DNA of 63,655 nt, counting the filler, from Pirum gemmata (taxonomy: Eukaryota), in assembly GCA_002812295.1 (NCBI GenBank). It is 27 parts of 27 records of this genome, joined end to end, with 100 filler letters (N's around TTAATTAATTAA, not from the genome) between each part and the next. Parts side by side here need not be neighbours in the genome. Positions count along the whole stretch, not along the records: positions 38,497 to 40,510 come from PDIN01009206.1; positions 40,611 to 42,613 come from PDIN01009207.1; positions 42,714 to 47,770 come from PDIN01009208.1; positions 47,871 to 49,862 come from PDIN01009209.1; positions 49,963 to 51,920 come from PDIN01009210.1; positions 52,021 to 54,015 come from PDIN01009211.1; 21 more parts are not named here. One strand, 5' to 3'. Of the stretch, positions 39,588 through 52,564 are shown in pieces (the stretch's first letter is position 1; each line of letters begins with the position of its first letter). The position numbers and the translations under genes were made by a program. The notes below the pieces were generated by a model that saw nothing but the letters and a program-made list of their open reading frames with translations, made no database searches and was not told where the DNA came from.

Positions 39588-40169
39588 ATGTTAAAAAAAA
39601 ATAAATGTGCTTGTTTTAGATCTGTATTTAGGTATGTGGATGGATCACTAGCACGAGTTAGACCGCAACACAAAGTGGTTCGTGCTCAAGCCTGGAATAT
39701 CCCAAGATCCTATCAAAAGTTAATGAAAGATTGGGTTGACGTTAGGGATATTTATATTCAATACTATAAGTTGGATGAAATGGGGCCTGTGGCTCAAAGA
39801 CGCAGATCCTCGAACATGATAACGGAGTTCAAGAATGTAAACGACTCGTTTTTTATAAACTTTAACAAAAAAACACCATTGACAAATGATGATGTCAAGT
39901 ATTGTTTAAAAACGTTTATTACAAAACATTTCGGGTGTGAAGCGGGAAAAAAAATAACCGTTACCGGTTTCCGAAAGATGTACGCAACTTATACATATTT
40001 AAACTGGGAAAGGGATAAATTGGGAAAAAGGATTAATGATTTAAGCTTAGACGATTTCTTGTCATGGCTGGCAAAAAGAATTGGATCATCACCTGATAAA
40101 CTAAAATCAAATTATATTGGAGTATCTATATCGGACAAACTAGTTGATAACAATGCCCAAGATATTTAA
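39588..40169 (+). CDS. Tyrosine recombinase catalytic C-terminal half (Crypton- or virus-like)
   Basis: QHK (catalytic K), GKKITVTGFRKMYATY (HxxR box equivalent), LAKRIGSS...KSNY (LGH box equivalent and nucleophile Tyr). The true start may be a splice acceptor near 39619. Confidence 0.7.
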   Translation: MLKKNKCACFRSVFRYVDGSLARVRPQHKVVRAQAWNIPRSYQKLMKDWVDVRDIYIQYYKLDEMGPVAQRRRSSNMITEFKNVNDSFFINFNKKTPLTNDDVKYCLKTFITKHFGCEAGKKITVTGFRKMYATYTYLNWERDKLGKRINDLSLDDFLSWLAKRIGSSPDKLKSNYIGVSISDKLVDNNAQDI

Positions 40170-40610
40170 TAAAATTATACTTACCTAGTTATTTGTAATA
40201 AAGTTATGTAAATGATAGTAAACGTTTCTTTCTTTCTTTCTTATTATTATTGTTGTTCTACGTATTATTCTTATTGAGGGCTATAATTATAATCATAAGA
40301 ATCATACTCATACACATACTCATAATAGTAATCATAATCATTTATAATAATAATAATAATAATAATCATACTCATACCCTTCTGATTCTGATTCTGATTC
40401 TGATTATCATTCTTATTCTGATTTTGATTCTGATTATGATTATGATTATGATTATGATTATGATTATGATAGTAAGATAATAATAATAGTAATAATAATA
40501 GTAATAATAANNNNNNNNNNNNNNNNNNNNNNNNNNNNNNNNNNNNNNNNNNNNTTAATTAATTAANNNNNNNNNNNNNNNNNNNNNNNNNNNNNNNNNN
40601 NNNNNNNNNN

Positions 40611-40643
<33 letters not shown>

Positions 40644-41375
40644 TATGGATAAATATTATTTTGGTACATAATATAATATAATATATTTATTTATAGCTGT
40701 ATATATACATTCTTTTTCTAGTTTTGTTTTTACAACCATATCATCCGCCATAATAACACTACAATATTCTTAGTTATTATATTGTTATTATTTTATGTTA
40801 TTTTCATTTATAAATATTATGCAGTTATTATGCATGAAACAAACTCCATGTCTGTATATTTCCTTTATCAAAAACTGGGCTTTTTTGATTGTACCCGTTT
40901 GGTTTTTACGAATGTTATATATACATAATTAATATGTATAATACATATTAATATTATATTAAAATATATTCCATTTTGCTTATGGTTTGATTATTGTTGT
41001 TATTATTATTATTATTATCGTACACACGCATCGTGATAGTATAACAATCTATTTGGTGTTTCAAATCCTTCCGTATAATAATAATCAATGAAAGGATTAG
41101 GCAAGCTATTATATCAATAAAATTATATAAAATATATATTAAGTAATATAAATGTTAATTGTAAAATAGAAAATAAAAAGGCAATAAAACCCCCACCAAA
41201 CTATTATTTAATAATGCACAATGAATTAATTTTACGTACTTTTACTATTAATATTTTTTACTTAAAAAGGGTTATAGTTGGGTCATAGGGATAGGAGTTA
41301 GCATAATAGAATTATAAATGTATATACATATATGGGTTAGAGTTTGAGTCAGGGTTAGGGCAAGGGTTAACTTAC

Positions 41376-41526
41376 TCTTGGACTGTATCATCTTTAGTTG
41401 AATATGTTTTTATTTTTCCATATACTTCTTCAACTTTTTCAACACCGCAATCGGTGTTTGACAAAAAGAGTGCGGCAACTCCACTAGTATGCGGACAAGC
41501 CATTGATGTACCAGACATATAGACAG
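41376..41526 (-). CDS. Subtilisin/proteinase-K-like S8 protease, catalytic-Ser exon
   Basis: tcatag | VYMSGTSMACPHTSGVAALFLS...STKDDTVQ | gtaagt. Confidence 0.92.
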
Positions 41527-41877
41527 CTATGAAATAACCAATGTATTATCATTATCATTATCATTATATTATTATTATTATTATAAATAACAAAGAAACA
41601 AAAGTTTTTTTTCATATGATAGAATAACATTATTATTATTATTATTATTATTATTAATACTATTCAATTTATTATTATTATTAATAATTTTTTTATAAAA
41701 TTGATATTTCGTATGGTGTTTAATATTTTTTTTTATTAGTGTGGTTATTATTATTAATATCATTAGAGTTGTCATAATATCATTAGTGCTGCTGTTGTTA
41801 TTATTAATATAATTAGTATTGTTAGTGTTGTTGTAGTTATCGTTATGCTTAATAAAATAAGTAAAAACTTAGTTTAC

Positions 41878-42006
41878 CTGGGCCATATATAGGTATTAAA
41901 TCTGTAGGAACCAATGACTTTATCATGTCTCCAGGACCGAAAACATTGGTACAAGTCCCAAGGTTGGAAAAAGCAGCCATATTATCATTAATATCACTCG
42001 CACCAA
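41878..42006 (-). CDS. S8 protease, upstream exon
   Basis: ttatag | (V)GASDINDNMAAFSNLGTCTNVFGPGDMIKSLVPTDLIPIYGP | gtaaac. Confidence 0.9.
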
Positions 42007-43785
42007 CTATAAATGTAAAATATAAAAGAATATGATTAATGTTTATTAATAAAAAAATAGTATTTTAAAATAAACTAAAGATACTATTGATAAGAGTTAG
42101 CATTAGTGGTTAGGGTAAAGGTAAGGGTAAGGGTAAGGGCAAGGGTTATAAGAGTTCGCGTTATACAGGTATATATAGATTTAGAAAAGAAAGTCATATT
42201 ATCATCATCAATATCATTCGCACCAACCAATTGTGAAATGCAAAATAATATTAAATATAGTAAATATAAATAACAAAAAAGATAATATTGATCATATACA
42301 GTTAGAATATGTAATAACAATACGTAATAATAATGTATAATAATAATACGATATAATAACATAAAAATAATATGTAGGAATAGTAATATTAATGATTATA
42401 AAAACAATAACAATGTATCAATCTAGCAAGGGTTTAATCATATCAGAATAAATGAATATCCCCTAACCCTTAAAACCTCTAACCTCTAGTCCCTAACAAA
42501 TAGAAATTTGATTTTCAAATTTAATATACATAATAATAATAATCATCATCATCATCATCATCATCATCATAATAATAATAACAATAATAATAATAATAAT
42601 AATAATGATAATANNNNNNNNNNNNNNNNNNNNNNNNNNNNNNNNNNNNNNNNNNNNTTAATTAATTAANNNNNNNNNNNNNNNNNNNNNNNNNNNNNNN
42701 NNNNNNNNNNNNNTAATAATAATAATAATAATTAAGATAATAATAATAATAATAATTAAAACAATAATAATAATGATAATCGGATACTAATTAATAATAA
42801 TACTAATACTAATACTACCATTAATGAATCACATATAATAATTGTATTTTTTTTGTTTTTTATTTTTTGACAGGTGTAAATTTTTTTGAAAACCCTCGTG
42901 TTCATCAATAACCTACTAGCTAGCTAGCATCAACAAGGTGATAACCAAGTGGGAAATCATTTTTCGAATCGAACTAGCTCGAAATTTCCAAGCCACGTTT
43001 TATTATATGTAGTATTTATTAATAAATTATTTTATTCATTTGAAAAGATATTCGAATATAATCGAGTTGACTTTTCCGATTATGGTGTAATTAGTGTCAC
43101 GAGAACTTTAACCAACACTAATTAAGCAACAAGATTGGCACTATGTGGAACATTCTAAATAATCATTTACAAATACAAATAATTATTATTACATACCAAG
43201 GACTTCAAAAAAAGTATCCAGTGAGCTATCCAGTGGTTATCTGACTTTCAGACTTAGACCAATAACATTTTTTTGTGGTCTTAAATTTAAAATTCGACCA
43301 ATAATAAAGGCTAAAAAAGGATAATTAAAAGTGATACTTGAAAACGGATTGAACAATCCCTGACTTTTCCTGACTTTTTTATATATCAATACAACGATTA
43401 CCTAAAAATTATTATTATTCCTGACTTTTTTATATATCATTACAAGGATTAGTTGAAAAGTATTTTTTAAAATTAAAAAATCCCTAACTTTTTTATATAT
43501 CAATACAACCATTTGTAAAAAATTACTATACTTNGGGGTTAGGGGGTTACAGGGTTAGGGGTTAGGAGGTTACAGGGTTAGGGGTTAGGGGGTTACAGGG
43601 TTAGGGGTTAGGGGGTTATAGGGTGAAGTTCGGGGTTAGTGGGATACTGGGTAGAGGCTAAAGAGGCGGGTAAGGGGTAAGGGGTAAGAAGTAGGGGGAA
43701 GGGGGTTAAGGAGGATAATGGATAATAAGGGGTAAGAGGTTAGGAGGGTTAGGTTAAGGAGAATAGTGAAATAAAAATACAATAC

Positions 43786-43902
43786 CTTTCCTTCACTTTT
43801 AATAATTTCAATATCTAATACAATATATTGCGTTAACTGATTGTATGAACACAATGCTTGAAAAGGTTGTCTCCAGTATAAGTTATTGGAAACATCACAA
43901 AT
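43786..43902 (-). CDS. NMD3: NMD3 (60S ribosomal export adaptor), internal exon
   Basis: aaatag | ICDVSNNLYWRQPFQALCSYNQLTQYIVLDIEIIKSEGK | gtattg; matches the NMD3 YWRxPFxAL...QLxxxIVLD motif. Confidence 0.78.
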
Positions 43903-45383
43903 CTATTTGGAAAATAATAATAATTTAATACAGTTTTCATTGTTTTGAAAATTGTTGTGGTTGTGGTTGTGGTTGTGTTTGTGGTTGTGTTTGTGTCAAT
44001 GACAATATATATGATTATGATTCAGTGGTGTGAAGAGATTCATTTTGTCAACACTACCCTAGTACTAACCCCTAACCTACCCCTAATCCCTAATTCCTAA
44101 CCCCTAACCCTAACCCCTGACCCCTAACCCCTAACCCCNNNNNNNNNNNNNNNNNNNNNNNNNNNNNNNNNNNNNNNNNNNNNNNNNNNNNNNNNNNNNN
44201 NNNNNNNNNNAATAATAATAATAATAATAATTTTCAATAATTATGATACAATATAATTCTTACTACCAAAGTTTATTTGGTGATTTAACAATCGGTTTTT
44301 TATTATAATAAAAATACCCATTAAAAATATAATTTTTTTCGAATTGTATCCAATTAACTAATAAATAATAATAATAATCCGGCAAGGTTAATAAAGAAAA
44401 ATAGGATATATCCTACTAATCCTATTTTTCAGCGATTTATATTTACATTTTTTCAGGACAATCAAATCTCACGTTGGGGGTAAATGAAAAGTAGGATTTT
44501 CTAGGAGATACGGGAAAAGATAATCGAATCAAACAGCTCGATCCTAATTATCACATAGTGACAAATTTGAAATGATATTCTTTTTTCGAGTTTAAAGTTT
44601 TTTCTATGAAATTTTCAAGAATTTTAATGAAATCAAAAGTGAGTCAATACTTAAAATTAGATTGAAAAATTTCGAAAATTTCGAACTAGTCTCGATTCGA
44701 TGGGTTTTCCCACATCTCCCTGGCAGGTAAGATATCCTACTTAGACCAGAATATCCTACTTAGCTTAGTAAACTCCAACGCATCTTACTTTCAGTGACTA
44801 ATATCATTATAATAAATCCATAAACGTTATTTATATAATGATTTAAAATACATTGCGAGAAAACATGATCACAACAGCTCGAATTAAAGAAAATATTCGA
44901 GCCTAAGTAATTATATACAATATCGAACAAAATCCTAAATGTAATTCTTACTTCTAATAATGACTTACAAAAACTCTGTATAATAAATTAGATATAACAC
45001 TAAATTTTCAAAGTTTTTGGAACTTTTTTTGTTCTGTTTTTTTTTAAGTTTTTTTTTTTTTTTTTTTTTTTATTATATTCCCAATTAATTAAAAAAAACA
45101 AAAACAAAAACAAAAACAAAATGCTCTTTTTTTTTTAAAACCCAAGCCTAATAAAAAGTTACAAAATCCGCTACACAAGCTCAAAATCCAACAAAATCTC
45201 AAAAACCTCCAATTTTGTTAAAAACACTACCAAATATGAGAATGGTCTATAACTAAGAAAACTATATTATTTCCCAATGGCCAGTTTTTAAAAATAATTA
45301 GGCCAAGTTAGCATTAGAAGCCATATATATATATATAAAGATTTCTACAGTTTTATCAAGCTTGGTTTAAAAAAAAAAAAAAA

Positions 45384-45589
45384 TTAAAATCCAAAAGGGT
45401 TATTCATGCCATGGTTCAGTGGGACCATAGGATCATATTCTCCTTGTAAAGGCTGGGGTGCTTCTTCTATTTGTAAGCCTTCCATCATTTCTTCCAGCGT
45501 TGGTTCTGGAAAATCTTCTTCTAAATCTTCATCATCATTGCCACATGTACTCATGTTATCCATATCATTATGTTGTTGTATATTTGGAT
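45384..45589 (-). CDS. Acidic terminal exon, possibly an NMD3-like C-terminus with NES
   Basis: ttcag | (D)PNIQQHNDMDNMSTCGNDDEDLEEDFPEPTLEEMMEGLQIEEAP...NPFGF*. Confidence 0.45.
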
Positions 45590-45739
45590 CTGAATTTATA
45601 TATACATTGGTAAGATTTTTAATGTTTATTTATTTTATTATTATTATTATCATTATTAATTATATTATTATTTTTCAATTTAATTTATTTTTTTTTATTT
45701 CAATCAATTTATTTTTTTTTATTTCAATTAATTTNNNNN

Positions 45740-45805
<66 letters not shown>

Positions 45806-46494
45806 AACAACAACAAGGAATTAAAAATTTAATTCATTACCTTTTTTCTATTTTAATAGCATCTAATCCTAGCCCTAACCCTAACCCTAACCCTAACCTT
45901 AATTAACCCTTACTTATTTTCTTTTTTAAAATAGCATCTTTATCACAAAGAAAACAAGTAAACTTCGCATTGCCGCGGGGCATGTAGGGGCAAAAGGCTT
46001 TTTCAATCATGGTAATTAATTTTTCACCTTACCCCTAACCCTAGCCCTACCATTTACCCTACCTCTAATCCCTAACCCTAACCCTTGGCCCTTGACCCTA
46101 CCCCTAACCGTTGACCGTAACTCTAATAACCCTAACCCTAACCCTTGACCCTAACCTCTGAACCTGAACCTGAACCAATCCTGACCCTAACCCTTGACCC
46201 TAACCCTTAACCCTTAACCCTTAACCCTTAACCCTTAACCCTTAACCCTTAACCCTTAACCCTTAACCCTTAGCCTTAACCCTTAACCCTCAACCCTTAA
46301 CCCTCAACCCTTAACCCTCAACCCTTAAACCTAACCCTTAAACCTAACCCTTAGTCCTTACCCTTTACCTTAATCCTTAACTCAATACAAACCATTTATA
46401 TAATGATATTTACAATTATTATTTATTTTTTTATTTTTCTTTAAATTATATATAATATATAGATACTGTCATTGGCATCGAAAGTGAGAATGAG

Positions 46495-46562
46495 TTGAAT
46501 ATAGACTTAATTGATCAATACGATGATTACGAACACAACAACGACAACGACAACGACAACGG

Positions 46563-46618
<56 letters not shown>

Positions 46619-47298
46619 GCGACAACGACAACAACGAAGATATCTATCACAATAGTAGTGAACTTGATTTAGAATTTGAATATGGTGATATTGTTGCCAG
46701 TGACAAATACAACCAACGCCAACAACACCAACAACAACAACAACGAAGACAAAACAACAACAACAATACCATGTCAACAACCATGACTCAATTTTCTAAT
46801 ACTTTTATTAATAACGAAAATGATAAAAAGAAACAAATTAATAAGATGTATGGTATTTGGGATGGTTTAGTTTATACTTACCACATGGGTCTTAGTTATC
46901 GTCTTATTAATATATTTAATTTTAAATGTGCGCAAGTTATTGTTTACAGTCAATCAGTTACGATGTTTGTGCATTTCCAAGAATACTTATTGGGAATTGG
47001 CACTGCCACCCCTAATCAACGTTTGTTGTTTTTATTGATTGATATTCCTGTTTATATTGTTCTTTTCATTTTGTTTTGTGCTTGGATTAAGTATCATACT
47101 CTAATGCAATATGATGATGATTATGAGAATGTTACTCAGGCTATTAGTGCTACAATCGAGAGACAAAAACGCCCCAAAGATTTGAATTTTGTGCAAAAAT
47201 TACATAGAACGGCTACAAATGCAACTGTATTGTCTTTTAAGAATTCAAAAGAAAAATTGAGTAATAAGGATGCTCATCGTCGGTTTAGTTTATGTTGA
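46495..47298 (+). CDS. Hypothetical membrane protein exon with an (ND)n/polyQ segment
   Basis: 267-codon frame following a possible acceptor at about 46463; hydrophobic segment LLFLLIDIPVYIVLFILFCAWI. Confidence 0.5.
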
Positions 47299-47914
47299 TT
47301 ATAATAAGATATGATAGGAAATAATTTTTGTTCATAGTTATGATGTTTGATGATGATGATTGATGATGATACTGATAATACTGATGATACTGATGATACT
47401 GATGATAGGTGATAATGATGATAATGATGATAATGATGATAATGATAAAGATAATGATGATAATGATGGTAGGTTTGGTGTACCTGTTGATATTGTTCTT
47501 TTGCTTTTGTTTTGTGTTTGGATTCAGTATCATACTCGAATGCAATATGATTATGAAAATGTTAGCCAAGCCATTAGTGCTACAATTGAGAGACAAAAAC
47601 GTCCAAAAGATTTTGTGCAAAGATAACAAAAATTACATAAAACGGCTACGAATGCAACTATATTGTTTCTAAAGTTTATGAATTCAAGAGAAAATAAAGT
47701 AATAAGAAAACTAGTTTAATAAAGTTTATTATTATATTATTACTATTATATCTATTATTACTATTATTATNNNNNNNNNNNNNNNNNNNNNNNNNNNNNN
47801 NNNNNNNNNNNNNNTTAATTAATTAANNNNNNNNNNNNNNNNNNNNNNNNNNNNNNNNNNNNNNNNNNNNAATAATAATAATAATAATAATAACTAATAA
47901 TATAACTAATAACA

Positions 47915-49261
47915 ATGGCAAATTACAATACCCAAAACTCTACCAACGGGTTTCAAACAAAAAAGAAGAAAATGGAATATGTAAAATGGAAAAAAGAGTA
48001 CAGTATATTAATTTATTTAGTTATATTAGCTTTCGTATTGTTAGTTAACATCCCGTTTATTGCTATATCATTTAGTATAAGATCAGGTAGCAGTGAATAC
48101 TATTTAGAACCCATACTTTACCAAAAAGCAATTCTGGAAGCCAACGCATCTTCTCTCGAAAAGCAAGGATTAGAATTGTATGTAAGAAACCAAACTGTAA
48201 ATACACAGCAAACACAATTAACAGCTAATTTCACAGAATATTACATTTTGAAAGCAAAACAAGATGCCAATCCTAACACTACTGTGGCCGAACAATTGAG
48301 TTTAAACAATACTTTAACACAACTATTAGTGATAAAAGATAATTTGACTTTACAAGGACAACAATTATTAGCTGATGCTTACACTTTTAGTGTGAGTGTA
48401 AATGAAACACAATTAAGTAAAATGGCTTTAGAAAATGATTTAACCAACTTAAAAAATGATTATACTACTATTTGGTATTATAGTTTATCAACGGGTTTGT
48501 TCCATATTGTTGCTTGTTTTGTCATTTTTGGTATTGGATTTTACTATAGAGAAAGTAAAGTAGTGAAAAGTCGTGGTTCAGTGTTTTTGATTCATTTGTC
48601 TACTACAATGGTATTATGTATTGTGATGTCAATGGTATTAGCTGCTCTGAGGTTATTGCAGTTTCCAACAGTATTGGAGGACGAAGAATTATTGAGAGAT
48701 GTAAGTTTAGTAATTGCTTACTTCACAGTTTTTTTCGCGAGTAATATATTTTTTGCTATTACTAACCGAATGCGAATAGTGTACAACGCTTTTCATTTAA
48801 ACCAAAAATCAAGTGTTAATATTTATGTTAATTATCTTATTCTATTTCCAATTCACTTAATAATCTTTTTCATTGCCATGACCCCTTATACTGTTAAAGA
48901 AATGACTGGCACTGTTCTGCAAAGTAACTTAACCTCTTTAGCTTATTTATTGATTGTATTAGTTTATAGTGTTTGGGTTGGTTTTTATACTTGGTGCTGC
49001 AGAACTGCTGCTAAACAGTTTTCAGATTTATATATCAACTTTCGTTTAATTATATTTATTTCTTTTGCTTTTGGAACAGTTATTGTTTTTGATGCTGTCA
49101 GTGATACACTCGTTGGGATTATTGGCTGGCAATATGCGATGCAAATGTCTTCTTTAATTTATTTATTAGATTCATTAACTGAATTAGGTGTTTTGGAGTG
49201 GTTAAATATCAAAGAACAGACTATGCGTTCCAGAAACTCTGAAAACCGTAGCAAACTAACC

Positions 49262-49298
<37 letters not shown>

Positions 49299-49837
49299 GG
49301 AATAATAATAATAATAATAGTAAAGCTAGTGGTGGGTATTCTCTTAGTCAAAATAGAACTGAAAGAAGTATGATTAATAGTACTAATTCTGGTTGTGTTA
49401 CTTTACAGTATGTTAGTAGTGTTAGTTGTAATAATATAAATACCGAGGCTAATGTTAGTTCATGTGAGGTTTTGGTGAGTATTGACGAGCAAGAAAAAGA
49501 AAGTAATGGTTTACTTCAGATACCAAATACACATAGTAGAACTAGAAGTATTTTGAAAAAAAGCAACAGTACAAAAGAAAAGAGCTCGAAGCAAACAGAT
49601 AATAGTTATATTGAGCATGCTGATATTGATATTATACCAACAAATAGAGAACGTAGTAGTAGTAACTTAAATGTAACTATCAGTCTTTTAAATGATGGTT
49701 TTAATAATGTGGATAATGGTATACCTGTAATTGACTCTGGGGTGTGGGATGGTTCTCAAATAGAAGAAACAAAGGAAGAAGTTGAAGAATTACCGATTGT
49801 TGATAGTCAAGTTGTTATTACTGTTGATTGTATTTAA
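47915..49837 (+). CDS. Class C (GABA-B/mGluR-type 7TM) GPCR-like receptor with an extra N-terminal TM and coiled-coil ectodomain
   Basis: Complete intronless 640-aa ORF. Motifs YYRESKVVKSRGSVFL (ICL1), NRMRIVYNAF (TM3 end) and KQFSDLYINF (ICL3); eight hydrophobic segments; Ser/Asn-rich tail. Confidence 0.78.
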
Positions 49838-51696
49838 AACAATAATAATAAAATAATAATAANNNNNNNNNNNNNNNNNNNNNNNNNNNNNNNNNNNNNN
49901 NNNNNNTTAATTAATTAANNNNNNNNNNNNNNNNNNNNNNNNNNNNNNNNNNNNNNNNNNNNTACCTACCTACCCCTTGACGTGACGTATTATTTGAACA
50001 CTCCCTAACTACTGAACCAACTCTCACAGACAAAACAAAACACAGGGTGTGCTATTTTTAGCTTTTTTTACTCTTTTTTTATAATATCGATCTGATTTAT
50101 AATAATATTATTAATATAATAATAATATTGCGCTTTTTATTTATTTTGTCACTCTGAATATTTATTTCGTGGGTTATAATAATTATTATCCTAACCCTAC
50201 TAACCCTAACCCCTAGACCCTAACCCTAACCCCTAGACCCTAACCCTAACCCTAACCCTACTAACCATAGCCCCTAACCCTAACCCTAACCATAGTCCCT
50301 AACCCTAACTAACCATAGCCCCTAACCCTAACCCTAACTCTCTAGCTAGTATGATAGTGAGTAGTGAGTAGTGAGTCGATTCATACTCCATAATAATGCT
50401 TTTCAGTTGTTTTGCCTTCATAAAATAATACTGATTCACTGTATCATGGTAGTTAGTCGACTCATAATTTCATACCGTTTTTTTTTTTTTTTTTTTTTTT
50501 TTATTTTTTTTCATAAAGTTATTCATAATAACAAAAATGGAAATTTTACAAATTCCATTTTTTAATATTTTTTTACTCATTTTTTATTTTTTACTATTTT
50601 AAATTTTAATTTTTTTAATAATTATTATTAGTCAAGAACGCATTCAAAATTCAGGAATATCATTTGATTCTTTCTAAAGAATCAACTAGTCTATTAATAT
50701 TCGGTCAATATTATCGATGTAAATCTATCATAATAATTATCATAGTAATTCTAGAGCTAGTCTATGATAAAAAACTAAGTCTTTTTCTCCCTTTTCAAGT
50801 GAAGATAGTCTCGAGAAGAGAGCTATAGAATTATAATAATTATTAAAATCTGATGTATTTTTATATAGGCTATTTATAGTCTAGCCAGTATCATACTGTC
50901 TAATGATAGTAGAAGCTGGACAATAGTTGGACTTGGACTACAGGGATATTTTAAATAGAAATATAAATTATTAAACACGCCAAGTTAATTAAATTGTATT
51001 AAATAAATTTGATATAGTATTACCTTGGTATTTATTATATAATACTATATATTCTATTATGACAAAATAACTGAAAAGCACGAAAGCTATCTCATATATT
51101 TTTAGTATGGCACATGTATATTGGTTGTCATCATAAAACATACAATAAAGAGTACCAGATTAATACATTATAAATCCATTTATTTTAATTTGGTATGGTT
51201 TATTATCTAATATTATATTCATTTAATTAAACATGTCAATTTAAGTTAGGGTTATAACGTTAGGGTTATTTTAAAACTGTTATTAGTCATTTTTTTAATT
51301 ATTATGATACATCTCTGAATCTGATTATGAGTCAACTAGTATTGATAGTGGTTTCTTTTTTTATGATAGGTTTTTTCAGCCTAGCACTTTCAAGTTTCAG
51401 TTACTATGATACTACAAAGCTATAGGTTCTTAGAGCATTTTATTATTATTAAATTTTATAAATAAAAAAATAAAATATTATTAATAATAGCTAGAGCATT
51501 TATTTTAGGCATTTATTTTATGATAGCTGATTTTTTAATTAAACAATTTTCAACAATAATTTTTTATTGATTTCATAGTGATTTCTAAAGTGTGATTTCA
51601 TATGATTTCAATATGGTTTTATTAGTGTCAAACACTCTAGTACAGTAGTATTACTAAGCCTAACTAGGTCTTAATTAAACATACGAGATTAATTAT

Positions 51697-51866
51697 TAGT
51701 GTTGTCCTCTCAATCTTTAATTTGGTACTATTTAAGTGAATGATTGTACTTTTTTATAAATACAATATTGAAAGTATAAAATACCAAATTAATTAAAACA
51801 TGTCTGATTGTTTAACCATAATAATAAATTGGTACTTTTATTTCAGTTTTTGAACTGGACAACACT
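51697..51866. mobile_element. MITE family A, complete copy with TIR agtgttgtcc...ggacaacact (hAT-like terminus)
   Basis: 10-bp terminal inverted repeat; internal aatttggtac motifs. Confidence 0.75.
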
Positions 51867-52020
51867 TTTGAAAAACATACTGTGCTTTTCATTTATTTTG
51901 TCACTCCGAATATTTATTTGNNNNNNNNNNNNNNNNNNNNNNNNNNNNNNNNNNNNNNNNNNNNTTAATTAATTAANNNNNNNNNNNNNNNNNNNNNNNN
52001 NNNNNNNNNNNNNNNNNNNN

Positions 52021-52325
52021 TTAATCTACACCCTGTTCCTAGAGAACAACTCCATGAATGGACTCGAGCGGATGCTGTGATTAGAGGCCCAAACAGTATA
52101 ACTGCAGACTTTGAGAAAATTCTAAGTCATCGAGAGATTGATGGTATCGTCCAGTACAATGTTTTGTGGTCTGACGGATCTCAGTCGGAGATTCCTGCCG
52201 CTGATTTTCGCGATAAAAGTTACTTAAATCGATATTTAATGAAGCAAAATCGTGCGTTGAGTAAACAATCTGTTTCTCGGCGTCGACAAGTTCGTTCTTC
52301 TCGTTCGGTAGCTCAATTGCGATAA
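52021..52325 (+). mobile_element. Chromodomain-coding 3' end of a Ty3/Gypsy integrase ORF
   Basis: FEKILSHREIDGIVQYNVLWSDGSQSEIPAADF chromodomain, followed by a basic tail and stop. Confidence 0.7.
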
Positions 52326-52564
52326 CTATATATCTATAAGTATGGTAGGTCAGCGTATAAACAATTTTAAGCTTCCAAACTTATGTTGTGTTGTAGCTAG
52401 TCCGCTTTGTTATGATGGTTCTGCTTTAAGTTCTTAGAAATGCTTCCGCGTTTTCTCTTTTGAGTTTTGCGGTTTATTGCATCTAAGCCAGTTTCAGGTA
52501 CAAACAATGTTTGGTCCTGTTTTTAGTTTTATTTTTTTCTTTTTTTCTTTTTTTTATTTAATAT

